NCBI GenBank assembly: GCA_904063045.1
Contig: CAJFCJ010000007.1
Coordinates: forward strand, 4,347,404-4,411,403
Length of the DNA: 64,000 nucleotides
Direction: 5' to 3'
Source of the DNA: Dimorphilus gyrociliatus
Taxonomy: Eukaryota > Animalia > Annelida
The notes under the pieces were generated by a model. That model saw only the letters and a list, made by a program, of their open reading frames with translations, ran no database searches and was not told the origin of the DNA. Position 1 is the stretch's first letter. Each line of letters opens with the position of its first letter. Of this stretch, positions 1-13,433 are shown piece after piece. The position numbers and the translations under genes were made by a program.

Positions 1-1465
1 ATTCTTATACAACTTCAATGTTCTGGAATGACATCCGTTTTGGAGTTGATGCAGCAAGGTTACCCGTCTAGAACTCAATTTTCTGAACTGTACAACATGT
101 ATAAACAATACATGCCTCCTGATATTGCTAGGTTGGACGCTAGATTATTTTGTAAAGCTTTGTTCAAAGCTCTTGGATTAAACGAAATGGATTTCAAATT
201 CGGTCTAACAAAAGTATTTTTTAGGCCAGGAAAATTTGCGGAATTCGATCAAATTATGCGATCTGATCCTGAAAATCTAGCACTACTAATTAAAAAGGTT
301 AAAAAATGGTTGATATGCAGCAGATGGCGTAAAGCCCAATGGTGTACACTTTCTGTAATAAAACTCAAGAATAAGATTTTGTATAGAAGGGAACTACTCC
401 TTCTCTTACAGAAGACTATTAAATCGTGGTTGGCTGTTAGGGAATATAGACCACGTATCAAGGCTGTTAGTAGAATACTGGCTTTGCACGATCAATTATC
501 TGCCGTTGAGCCAATTATACCGCAGTTGAAAAAGGATAAAGATTCAGCAGCCAAATCAGTTAAAAAGGTCAAAGAACGACTTGGAGAGGTTGTCGCTAAA
601 ATACGCCAAGGAAAACTGGTTGCTGCCAAAGATTTGGAAAAATCATATAGCGAAATGGTTAAGGAAGTTGATAAAAATGTTATGGATATTAGAAAGTTGC
701 TCGAAAAGCAAAAGGCGGCCGACGAAGCGGATAGGTTAAGAAAGATACAGGAAGAAATGGAGAAAAATAAGAAATTGAAAGAAGAAGAAGAAAGAAAGAA
801 GAAAGCGGAAGAGGAAGAAAAACGTCTAAAAGCGGAAATGGAATTGAAGAGGAAGAAGGAAGAGGAAGTTGCTCGTAAAGCTGAAGAAGCAGAGAGAAAA
901 GCGGCTGAAAAGAATGCCGGTAAAATACAAAAAGAAAAAGAAGAAGCTGCTAAAAAGTATTTATTATAAGAATATAATATTAATGAAGATTAATAATATT
1001 TAAAAATTTTTTAAAAATCTATCAGCCAAGAAAGATTGGAACAAGAAAGAAGAGATCGTGAATTGGCATTAACACTAGTTAACGGAGAACAGGGAGCCGT
1101 TGAAGAAGCTGCTCCAACTGCAAGGTATGTATATATAAAAAAGCATTCTTACACTTTGTTAGACGTAGCTGTTATGGAATGTTAATATCAGCAGAATTGC
1201 GTGGTTTTTTATTCTTTTTTTTGCATCCTTACATTACTATTATCGTTGCATTTTATACGAGAAAAATCTCCGCATGCCTAAAATATTGTTGGAATTTGTA
1301 GTATTTTTGTTTGTCTTTCTCGTTAAAACAAACAAACAAACAAACAAATCGCTTATAGCATTATGAAGGCAAAAAAAAAAGAGAAAAAAATCAATCTTGT
1401 AAGGCAAAGTGTTACTTTATACTGCTTTCAAACATGTATATATATATTTATATACAGTATATATA

Positions 1466-1505
<40 letters not shown>

Positions 1506-3258
1506 TATGAATTCACGCCGCTTTTCTACCCGCTCCGCCCTCCTCAAAAGTACAAAAATCATAAATTAGTTAAAACGAAGGGAGAAAATATAGAAACTTT
1601 TATTGGATATTGGTCTTTTTATTAGTACTATGGGTGTTACTATCCTTCTCCCATTGTCCTTTCAGCTTAAATATTCTTTCTTATTTTTAAAGCTTTGCTT
1701 AGCTTTTAACAATTTATTAGATCAGTTCTATCTTTTATAACTAATTAAAACAGAGTACGATCGTTCAAAATGGATCCGAACGATGATCCAAGGTTCGTAG
1801 CTGAAATCTTTGTTCATTCTATTCTATTCGTAATTGGTTCTACGAGAAGAGATACAACCTGAGAATTGATTTAATAGATATGATATAAATCATATGTATT
1901 TTTTTGTAGTAACCATAACCTTACGAATAGAAAGTATTATGAACAGTGTAGAAAAATAATTAACAATTTCCAGCCGTTTCGTTTACGGAGAGGTTAAGAG
2001 TTATCATAATATTCAACAACCTCGAATGCAAGATACAGTTAAAATGCAGCAGCAACAGCCACAGTATCAGCAAAGGCAACCGCTGCAGCAACAACGGTGA
2101 GGATGTTAGATTTAGAGTTAATTTTAAAGAAAAAAAAGAAACAAATTTTGATAAATTAACCAAAAAAACAAAAAATTGACAATTTAATGTTTTTATTTTT
2201 TTGGTGAAAATATTAAATTAACTTAATTAATTAGAAAATAATTTATTCCCTTCACTAACCATCTGCACTCTAAACGCATGTCGATCTCTTTTTTCGAAAT
2301 ATCTTTCTAGACCGCAACAGACTCAGTTGTTGCAACAACAGCAGCAAAGGACTGCGGAGGCGGTTAGTCAAATGGAAGTCGACCTGCAGACAGGTTTAGT
2401 TGCGGCTAGTAGTAAAGCCGCCGCCTTACAATTCGATCCAATAATTACAAATACGTGAGTTGTTTGTTATTATGTGTGGTATTTTTTTTTTGGGGTATTT
2501 TTTTTCTTTCTTTATTACTATGGTTATTGTTATTTGTTTTTTATTATTTAGTTCTTTTATTTACATTTTATCTTGCTTATCACCATTCAAAAGAGTAAAC
2601 ATGCATTCTTTTTCTTCTTTCAACAAAATGATATAGTGCTGGAAAGCAGGTTGGTAAATACGACCTGACTAAAATGAAATATGCCGAATTAAGAGATGTG
2701 ATAAATACTTCCTGCGATATGGCGCTATTAGATGCCTGTAAAGAGGAATTTCATAGAAGATTAAAGGTGTACCATGCTTGGAAGACAAAGAATAAACAGC
2801 AAAAGGCTATGGAAAATCCGGATGCAGGTCGGGCTCCTAAAGCTGTTTTGGAAAGTCATTCCATTAGTGGCTTGTCCCAATCTAAACCAACAAAAGGAAT
2901 GGAAACTCAACGCTTCTTTAGAATTCCTTTTCTCAGACCATCTGATAATAATCGTGGAGATGGAGCACCGAAGCAGAAAGGTTGGTGGTACGCTCATTTC
3001 GATGGCAAATGGATTGCTCGCCAAATGGAGCTTCATCCGGAGAAAAGTGCCGTTCTCTTAGTTGCTGGCGTTGATGATATGAAAATGTGTGAGTTAAGCT
3101 TAGAAGACACTGGATTAACTAGGAAGAAGGGAGCAGAAATTCTGGAATGCGAATTTGAATCAGAATGGTCAAGAAATGAAGGAGATCGAATACTTAGTAA
3201 TGCTGGTAGACAAGTTACTTCAAAATATCTTCAACAAAAGCTAGGAATTCACTCTTAA
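1..3258 (+). CDS. MYO6: Myosin VI, 3' part (end of motor, IQ, SAH, MIU, cargo-binding tail); 5'-truncated by the window. Exons 1-956, 1026-1124, [1754-1792], [1974-2096], [2311-2454], 2637-3258 (bracketed exons are probable cassettes)
   Basis: Frame is open from base 1 ([25 protein letters not shown]). It contains the motor-end motif [13 protein letters not shown], an ER/K-rich [39 protein letters not shown], the RRL motif (HRRLKVY) and WWY ([21 protein letters not shown]). All introns are GT-AG and phases join in frame. Confidence 0.96.
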
Positions 3259-5622
3259 TCTTTTTTTTTCACAATTTGTGCTTTAGTTTCCTCTCATTCG
3301 ATAAAGAAATATTTTTTTTCAATACATTCGAGAAGTAACTTTTGTTCACTCACCGAATGTTTCTAATTCATGTTTAAAAATTTTATTATTCCCTATCTTC
3401 TCTCTTCCCTTTCCACTTGTTTATCAGAGGGTTTAGCAAAATAACAAACCTATTCAAGACATCATGTTCGCTTATTTTTGTCCTCATTCTTTGCCTTCTT
3501 TCTCTCTCTTTCTCTTTCTCTTTGCTCTTGGAGTAAGGATCGTAATATTTATTGAACCTTGTTATAATTTCATTTTAAATAAATGCTAATTAGTTAAACT
3601 TTTCAATGAGTTAACAAGAAAGTACAATCAGCTTTCTTTCCATTAAAAATCTCTTCTTTCTGTTTGTTTTTTTTTTAATAAAAAATCTATAACAACTAAC
3701 ATTCGTACGTTTAACATTTATATTATCTTTTATCTTTAATTAATTTTAACTAACAATACTACTACAAAATCACTCCTCCTCCTTCCTGCTCTTCTTCTCT
3801 TTCAATTGTATATTTTTTCTTATTCAAGGGGAAAGTTTATTGTCCTTCTCTTCTATCCCACCCTCTTACTCTCTCTCTCTCTCTCTGTCTCTCTCTTTTT
3901 CTCAGTTAGGTCATCACTCATTTTTCTTTTTCTATCTTTGCAATTTTTTATAATTAGGTAATGGTTTTATTAACTATGAAGTCTTTTCTTTTTTTGTTAG
4001 GTCACGTGACAATTAGTATTTTTAATAAAAAAAACTGACATAAATATAATTATATTATTTACTAACAGGTTATCTAAGCTTTCTTATCAAAATCCCTATT
4101 CTTCAAAAAGCATTCTTGCATATTTCACATACTTAAAGGAAATGTATCGACTTGCACGCCATTTAGCGGATATAAAGTACATTAAAACTATTTTTTTTAT
4201 GGATATATTTCGCATCTATTTTTAGTGAATAATAGATATTGAATTGATAATATAATTTAAAGAAAAAGGTACTAGGGAACGTTTTTAATCTCTTTTTCTT
4301 TCCTTTTTTTTTTAATTACAATCAATTTATTTAAATAATTACATTTGTATACTAATGTTTCACTGGTCTAATGGGGGAAATATAATTGTTATAGCATTTC
4401 CTTTATATTGTTGCCGTTATATTTATAATAGAAAGAAAGGGTGAAAAAAAATCAACTATTTTAAGAGTGAATAGAGAGAGAAGGACAAGAGTGGAGAGTG
4501 GGGGAAGGGGAAAGGTGAAAAAATCAAGGGTCCTAAAAAAACTACCATTGGTTACAAAAACTATAATAACACTATGTAAATTAGCGAACTCCCTTAAGAA
4601 TAAATTTCCTATAGAATAATAGTATATTCTATAAGTTTTGCAGATGGTATTAAGACCTTTAAATGGAAGAAATTTCTTATAATAATACTTCTAGAGGATA
4701 TTTCTTTTCCTCTTTTTTTTATAAGAAAAAGGCGTTTCCTTGTTAAGGGGAAATTGTAGAGTAGATTATTGCATTCGACGTTTTCTAGTCCGTTGTTGAC
4801 AACAAATTAACACGGTAGAGAAACGTGAGAGAAAAAGAGAAAGAAAGAGAGAAACAGAGTGTGAAAGTGATAAATCTGGAAACATCGCCTTTTTCTTATC
4901 AGCCTAAGGGTGGAATGTCATCTGCTACTGTCTAAATTCTTGTATACTTATATTACTATAAGAGTAATACATGAATATACCATAAACAAAACTTCTTATG
5001 TATACTAATGTATACCGAATACAGTATATATTAGTATATCATCAATCAAAAATAGATGGCGTTGTATAAAGAATGTAATGTAGAGAAATTGAATTTTTTG
5101 AAATAGTAATAGAATGACGAGTTCAAATTCGTCTCTTTATATCGTTGATGAATGCATTAAGATATCATTGTCAACTATTTAGAAAAAAGTATATAAAAAC
5201 ATTAGATAATCTGAACTTTCTCTTATTAGATTGTATAAGGATTACATCCTAGGGTTGTTTTCCTCCTATTGAAATTTAATTCTAGCCTCTTTTATGATGT
5301 AATATCTGTTGTTCACCCTTTTTGACGTCATTTATTAAATCTTGGTAGTATTTTTCCCTCTGGTCATTATCTACAACAATTACCAATGTGACTTTCTCCC
5401 AGGAGTTTTCAAAGAAATTGGACGTACAGTAAAAATTCTGAATTGTAACCTGGCTGCAGTAACTAAATAAAAGTCTGCAGTAAAAAATTGATTATTTTAC
5501 GCTTTATGGTTGAAAAAATTCATAAAGAGAAGTTTATTTAAAGGGAATATGAAAAAAGAAATAATAAAAGTAAATAAACAATAAATTTTATTACTATTTC
5601 AATAGTGGGTAAAAGTAAACAA

Positions 5623-5630
<8 letters not shown>

Positions 5631-5682
<52 letters not shown>
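5631..5682. repeat. (AG)26 microsatellite; one of many AG/CT tracts (also near 9818, 13173, 17071, 19731, 33400, 36729)
   Basis: Direct reading of the sequence. Confidence 0.95.
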
Positions 5683-5685
<3 letters not shown>

Positions 5686-8600
5686 ATGTGTGTAGAGAAC
5701 TGGTGACTAGGGACATGTCGAGATGCAACAATGTTTCTTTTGTATCGTATATGTTATATACTCAAAAAATTGTATCTATCGCCTTCAAATTTATACTAAC
5801 AAAATATATATGAATGTCACAGAAAGAATAGATGCTGAATAATTTTATGCTAATTAACTTGACCTTTATAAATATGTAAATTACTTAATTTAATATAATT
5901 CTTTTATATTTTAAAAATTACCTTAAATGTTTGTAATTTCGAGAATTTTTTTTAACCAGACGTTGATTACTGCAGTTCCCTTTTTCGCTATTTTATTTAT
6001 CCAATAAAGGAATCAGTTTTCCCTTTTTTAGGTCAATTTTCGATGTTGAACCGTAACATTTTCCATGACATATGAATCAAGATGAATCCCATTGGTCCCA
6101 AATATTGGATGCAATGAGACAAACTTGACAAAATTGTGATGGTTGATATTAATATTTTTTATATGGTTTATTAAAGAGTTCTTTATTTTAGCAGGATTAT
6201 ATAATAAAAGAGATATATTAGGGGAGAGAGAGAAATTTACTTTTATTATTAATAACAATGGTAATATTTACATTAATTTTACATATCGTGTGAATATGTT
6301 TGTTTTTTTTTTCAACTAATTTAATTAGATAGAGATAACTGGTAGCTTATACTTTGTCGGTTTATCTAAAAGATTAATGGCCTCTGACTTAAATCGTTAC
6401 AACCGTTTAAGCTCTTCCTTTTATCGTTAATCTAATCGAAGGATACTTTGTGTACTATTACATTTAACCTTAGGCCTATAATGGGATAGAATAAAAAAAA
6501 TAACTAACCCTACTTTTAACACCTATTTATCATTCTCAATCGCTCTTAACCCTTTAATTACGAGGAGAAAAGTTCTAGGGCTAGGCTTACATTCTCTTAA
6601 TTAGAATCTAGCCAGTAAATTTCTCTACTTAGTTAAAAATTGTATACAGGAAACGTCTGTATAATTTATAATCATGTTATCCTTTAAACGAGTAACAGAT
6701 AAGTATTTTAAATGAAGTAATTAATGTTATTGGAATGAAAAATTAGTAATTTATTGAAAGTAAGAATATTTTTATCTGATATCAACCGTCCATTTAAATG
6801 AAGTAAGAAAGTATAGGGAAAAAAAGGGTCCAAGGGGCAAAATAGTAGGACAAAGGGGTAAATTACTTCCTGTTAAACTGTAATATATATATATCTAATA
6901 TACTATATAGAAAATGTATTATACTGCCTTATATGCCCATGCGTATTTGATGTAATTGCTTTTTACAGTCTTCTCAAAATCGATCCCCCCCTCTAACTTT
7001 CCATTCAAAACGCATTTGCCTTTACGTGACACTTGGCGTAAATTCAGTTAACTTTACCTTAATAAACGTCAACTATTATAATTAAATCTGTAAAACAGTA
7101 TAATATTTAAATACGCTTAATTAGAACGTGCTTCACATACTGTCTTCTTTTCTTATTATTATTAAACAAGAAAATAGTCTCTCTCCTCCTCTCTCTCTCT
7201 TTCTCTCTCACTCTCATGTATCTGAGAATGTTTTTGCTCTTTGTCTCATAAGAATTTTCTTCAAAAATAAAATTCAGATTAAAAGATTTGGAAAACTTAG
7301 AGGACTGAGAGAGACAGATAAAGAAAGAGGAGAAAGATAAAGGATAAAGAAAAAAACAAAAGAGTATATGTCTATCCCAAGATTTATATTTACTTTTATG
7401 AATAAGTAGTATTTGTTAAGCAAGTCTACTTCTTTTATACCACTTGTTTGCAATGTTTGTTTGTAGATGTTTTTCTCTTTTCATTCGCTCTTTCTATCTA
7501 TCTATCTACCATTTGTATTTGTTTTTCTCGTATACATACATACATCCATATATATACTGTATATATTAATATATGTACTCTCCCGCTCTCTCTCTCTCTC
7601 TCTCTCTCTTTCATACGCAGATATATATATATATATATTGTATAATCTTATACAGCAAACGCACTATACAGTACTCTGCAAAGGCAATAAATCTTTTTAC
7701 GTTCTCGCTCTTTTTCGTCTAGTTATCGACTCTTCTACCATTTTCTCTTAATACTGTAGAACTCTCTAATATCGACGGCTTACTACGTTATTATCACGTC
7801 ATGCCAGATATAAAAGGTCGTTGTTAGGCTATATGTTATCTTTTATTGTGGAATAAAATTATAGATGCTTTAAAACATTTAGAATATAGGCTGACAAAGG
7901 GGTTAAATAGTAAGTAAGAAAATTATTTCTTCCATCACAATCTTTTATCTCTCGATGAAATTTCATGTTATCCGATAAACTCTATACATTCTCAATTAGA
8001 TTATTGACGAGTGACTGTCGGATTTAGAATATGGATAAATGATACATATCTATTCACTTGGTTACTAGAAATAAGTATTTAGAACTAAAGGGAATAGTAT
8101 GATCCTTATTGAACCTTATGGGAATTTAAGAAAAAGGAAAGAGAAAGAGAAAGGAGAGAAAAAGTATAAAAAAAATTGATTGAAAGACCTTTTAAATATT
8201 CTTGCTTTTCTAAAATGAAAAAGGAAAAAGAGGAGAAATATTGATGTCATTCTATATACTGTATATATTTAATATATACAGTATATATACCTGTGACAGG
8301 TCTGAGGAATATATTCCAGCTAATTGTGATGCTTTGGTGTGTAGGTATTAATATTCTATGCATAAATTCTCGTTACTAGCCCACCGTTGCACTCTTATTT
8401 CTCTTCATTTACAAACTATTCAAAAGAATAATTAATTAATTGTAAAAATTGATAATTATCCATCTAATATACTACGTGTGAAAATAAATTTATGAAAAAT
8501 AGACGCTCTTGAGATTTATTGATCAGCTACGTTTAGTTTTTCAATAAAGAAAGCGCCTACGTTTTGTTTATGTTACACATATTTGTAGTCAGAACCATGC

Positions 8601-9812
8601 ATATACATTAAATATACATTTAGCAATCTACTATCTAATTTCTTTTTGTTTCTTTTTTTATTCGCCTTGCCTACTCATTTTCTCTCTTTACACTATATAT
8701 AGTAAATGATCATTTCGATATAATATATAGTGGAGCAATTGATGTTTCCTTGTATATACTGTATATATACTGTATGCTGACATAACTACATCTTTAAAAT
8801 ATAAAAGAAAGAGAATTTTGTTCGGTTATAATAAGGAATGATTTATACTAAAGGCGTTTAATGAAGTGAAAAAGTAACGCCGAATTATATAAAAGAGAAG
8901 AATTGAGAAATCAGACGTTGAAAAGGGCGTAGAGTACAGCTTTAATAGTTATTTGTTTGCTCAATCTTACATATTTACAGAAGGATCCGCTATCTGATTT
9001 CGGTATATGTCATATTAATATTGCAATATATCTCCAATTTTACTCTATAAGCTTTGCTAATTTCAAGTTTATCATCTTTATAGTTCTAGCATATTTTTCA
9101 ACTTTCCCAAAGTTATGCATTCCTAAAGTTTCTCTTCTTCTCTTTCTTTAATATTCATTGAACTTTTGATATTTCTTATGTTTACGTTATTAAGGGTGGT
9201 CTTAGAACTCCACCCTTTACTCTTTTGGAAAACCCTTCTCTCAATTTTTTATTCCTCCCCCTCCCCATCTCTCCTCATCTTCTCCCCTGCACTATCTATC
9301 ACGTTTGCATATGCACTCTAACCTTCTCTGATCTTTTTTTTTTGCCACTTTCTTTTCTACTTACACACAGTTGTTAGATTGAAAAAACTAAGAATAAGAA
9401 ACAAAAGAGATAAAGAGAAAGAGAAAGAGAAAGAGAGAAAAAGAGACTTGGGAATAAAGAAAGTTTAGGAAGAATACACTGTATTATGTATTCGAACCTT
9501 TGTAGCAGAGTTTGTAAGTGTGTATGTGTGTGTGTTGTTTTTTTTTACCATTATTTTTATTTCTTTCAATTTAAAAAAAAAAAAACAGTGAAAAGTAAAA
9601 TTAACACATTTTCTGGCCACATAAACATAAGTATGTAACAGATGCTAATAAAAAATCAGTCGAACGTTGAATTTAGACGAATTCGTTATTTACGGTAGAG
9701 AAGAGTGCTGCGAGAAGTAGGAAAGTCCACCAAAAAGTAGGACTAATTCTTCTTCTTCGAGATAGACTGACAGAAAAAAAGAGAAAGGAGATAAATATAT
9801 AGATAGATAGAT

Positions 9813-9848
<36 letters not shown>

Positions 9849-10314
9849 GAAATAAATAGAAAAGATTCGACTACTAATTAATTGTAAGTTTCTTTAATTT
9901 TTGTTGTGGAATTTAAAAAAAAAGGAGAGTTTAAGTGTAAAAAAAAAATCGAATCTAATACTAGAAAAAGTAAAAGGAGGAGAGGAAAGAGAAGAAGAAT
10001 TAAAGGAATTTTCTCCTTTAAATTAGGGAAAAAAAACTGTATAGTAACAATTTTGAATTTCCTTTATAAAGCATGAATTGTAAATAGAATATTGCTTAGT
10101 TGCTATTATTTTAACACATTACGCCGATAAGATCATTAACAGTTATTAAAGTGAAAAATTTGTTCCATTAGATTAATATATTTTCATTTATTTCTTTTTT
10201 CTGCAGCGTGTTACCATGGTTATTTTTGGTTGTGACATGTAGAGGGCGTTTTCGTTTAGACGCCCCATTTCACGACGCCGGATCGATGAGTAATGATGCA
10301 TAGTTGGCGATAAT

Positions 10315-13177
10315 ATGGGTAAGAAGAGGAGTAAATCTATGACACCCCCATCGAAAGAGGATGTTAAGGAAGAGATGATCAGCAAAAAGAAAGACGGTAA
10401 AGGATTCTTTAGCTAGATGTTTTTTTTACTATTAATTAAGATGTCCTAAGTAAGTGCTAACGCGTCTATGGAATGCTTTTTGATTAAAGTATGTCGTGGT
10501 CACGTTTCTTATTAATTGTATTGGCAATAAGCTTATAAATATGGCAAGGGCACTATTTCCGGATAAGTCCACATTAATATTTAAGTTTCGTGACGGCAGC
10601 CTAATGAATATGCAGAATGTGTCTTTTGTACAAAGATGGTTAACTCCTTTGCTACATAATATATTTTAAACTGTTCGTTTCTTCCAAATAACTATCACTA
10701 AATTCTGGACTCTGTAAAGAGAACAATAAATTAGAACTACGTTCTGTTCTCCCTTATCTTGGAGACGCAAACTGTAGACTTAAGTCTCCTTTATTTTCCT
10801 TCTTTATCTTTCTCCTTATCCTGTTTCCTCTCCCCCCCTCTCTCTCTCACACACACTCACAGTTTGTCTCTTCTTCTGCTTTTCCTGCTTTTTTTCCAAT
10901 GAGTTACGTCTTGTAAAGTAAACAGACGAACACAGGAAATTAACTTATTAGCAATGACTACATAATTAATTGTCGACTACGGAAAGTGTTTAATTTAAAA
11001 CTTTTAACTGCAAAATTCCATGTTTGGGAACATTACGATTTATTCCATATAAATTATAGAAAATTCAATCAATTTTATCGAAAATAGAAGAAGAAATTAA
11101 GAGAGCGTCGAAAAACTTTTAAATGTCATTAGCTAATTATTTTATAGTCTGATGGATAAGGCTTTTTAAGAGATGTCTTAGTCGTTTAAATGAACATGCT
11201 TAAATAGATTTGTGATTACTTTCTCCTTTCTCCTCTCTTTAAAAAAGAAACAGTTACCGTTATTCCTTACGCAACGAAACGCAGTACTAAATATTTCGTG
11301 TAAGAGAATATTATATTCTTCTTCTCTTAATGGATTTACCTTTAATGCAGTTGGATCTCTTTTTCACTTCTCTTTGGAATTAGAGTAGACGGAAGAAGGA
11401 GAAGAAAAAGAAAACATATCTTTAAATATCGGCTTCTCTCCTTTCTTTGTGGACGTAAATCAGATAGAGTCACGCAAGCTAGAAACAAGACCAATTAAAG
11501 TTGAAATTACCAGATTCATAAAAAAATTTTACACAAAATTGAGCATCTTCTAAAGAAAGTAGGCTTAAATATACTTGGAATCACTAAATCCTATTGGGAG
11601 CTATCGGATGTATAGTACAATTATACTTAATAGCCTATACTATTAGTTATAAGAGTTATACCATTTCTTCGTCTGGGTTAAATTCCAAGAGGGCGAACAT
11701 ACTCTTCTTTTCTTTCCCTTTTACTTTGTTAAATGGCAGAAAATTAGGACATCAATACGAAAAGAAAGCAAGGAGAGAGAAGAGAGGATAGGAGAAAAGT
11801 AGAACAAAAGGTAGAAGAGAAGCTAGAAGACAATCGGTTTTTCTTTATTATTGATAAATTAAATCTGGCCAATTTGTCACGAGGAATTTCTCTAAGAAAT
11901 AACTTGATTACCAAGCTAACGTTTAGAATCGTTAACCTTAATATCTTCCTATACATAAAAGTTTTAAGCAACATTTAACCGAAAAAGCTATAATCCTATA
12001 TACGGTAAACTGATAAATATATATAAATTGTATATACTTCGAAAGATATATAAGAATTTATGAAGCTATTGTAAACTGGTATATCTATTCTTCTTTTATG
12101 TTTAAAGTTAGACTTGTTTCATCTTTATAGGTTTTTCTTTCAACCATAATAAAACCATCAATAACTCCCAAAGTTGCACCAGGGCAAAAATTTATTAAAT
12201 AAGAGAGAAACGCACAAAAATTGATTTCATATATACGTCTTAACAGGATCTAAGGAATGCGAAAGAGTTGACGAGCGGAGGCGTCACACAGTTACAGTTT
12301 CCGGTTCAGACGTCGATTCACTCTACAGCAGTAAAGGTGTACGTATAAGTATATTTTCTTTAAAAGGCCTACGTATTATTTTAACAGAGAACACTGTCAT
12401 CTAGTGGCAAATCGGACTTTCAATGGGATTATCCCATAAGCAAATAGTTTACAATTGTCCAAAAAGAAAAAGTTTTTAAGTATATGGGGTGTTGTATGGG
12501 AGGGTGACTATGAGAGTTTTAGTACGATTCGTCACAATTTTATTTAGTAAGTAATAAAGAGATCTAATTCTACTATACATTCCTCAATGCAGAGTGTCTA
12601 TGAGAGTTCAGACGATGTTCTTGCAAGGTCATTTCCGGCCCACTCGGAAGCGATTTACGGTCCGAAAAAGATTACGGTATGTAAAATTTTATTTATCGCT
12701 GATCATTATTTCTCTATAATATGCAACATCTATTAATATTGACCTCTTGAATATGCATATATACTAATATACAGTATATATATATATGTATATACTAATA
12801 TACTTTATATGCATACATATATGCATATATGCAGTTTTTTCTGTTTATAAATTTAGACTTACATAAATATATATATATGTAATATGCGTATTGATTACTT
12901 AAAAAAAAATTCTTGCAACGCCCCCTACGGGCAACTCGCCTTATTGATCGAGGCCGTCACTTGTTCAGTATTAGTTCTTTTGATGTTACCGAAACGTGAT
13001 GGTAGGATATGTCCGTTTTGACGGCCTGCTGCTGTTCAAGGAAAATGTCAGAGGTAAAATAAGATCTAGCTCATAACGTAAATAGTTATATCATTTATAG
13101 CACTGATCCGAACATAATCAATATGACGATTAACAAAATATTACTTTTTATGCCAATTTCACTTCTTCTCCCTCTCC

Positions 13178-13212
<35 letters not shown>

Positions 13213-13381
13213 AATATATTACATATATTTGCGGGATATATTGTATATTGTACAAGCAGTATATAAGAGAAATATTTATTAATATGCAGTATATGCATGT
13301 ATAAGCTGTGTACTCTTTATGTATTCTATTGTCTTCTTCCTTTTCATCTTTACATTACAAAAACGATAAAAAATCAGTTAA

Positions 13382-13433
<52 letters not shown>

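Noticed and set aside
5280-5490. Minus-strand open frame of about 70 codons (…WEKVTLVIVVDNDQREKYYQDLIND…)
   Set aside because: No start codon, no linked exons and no family similarity recognised.
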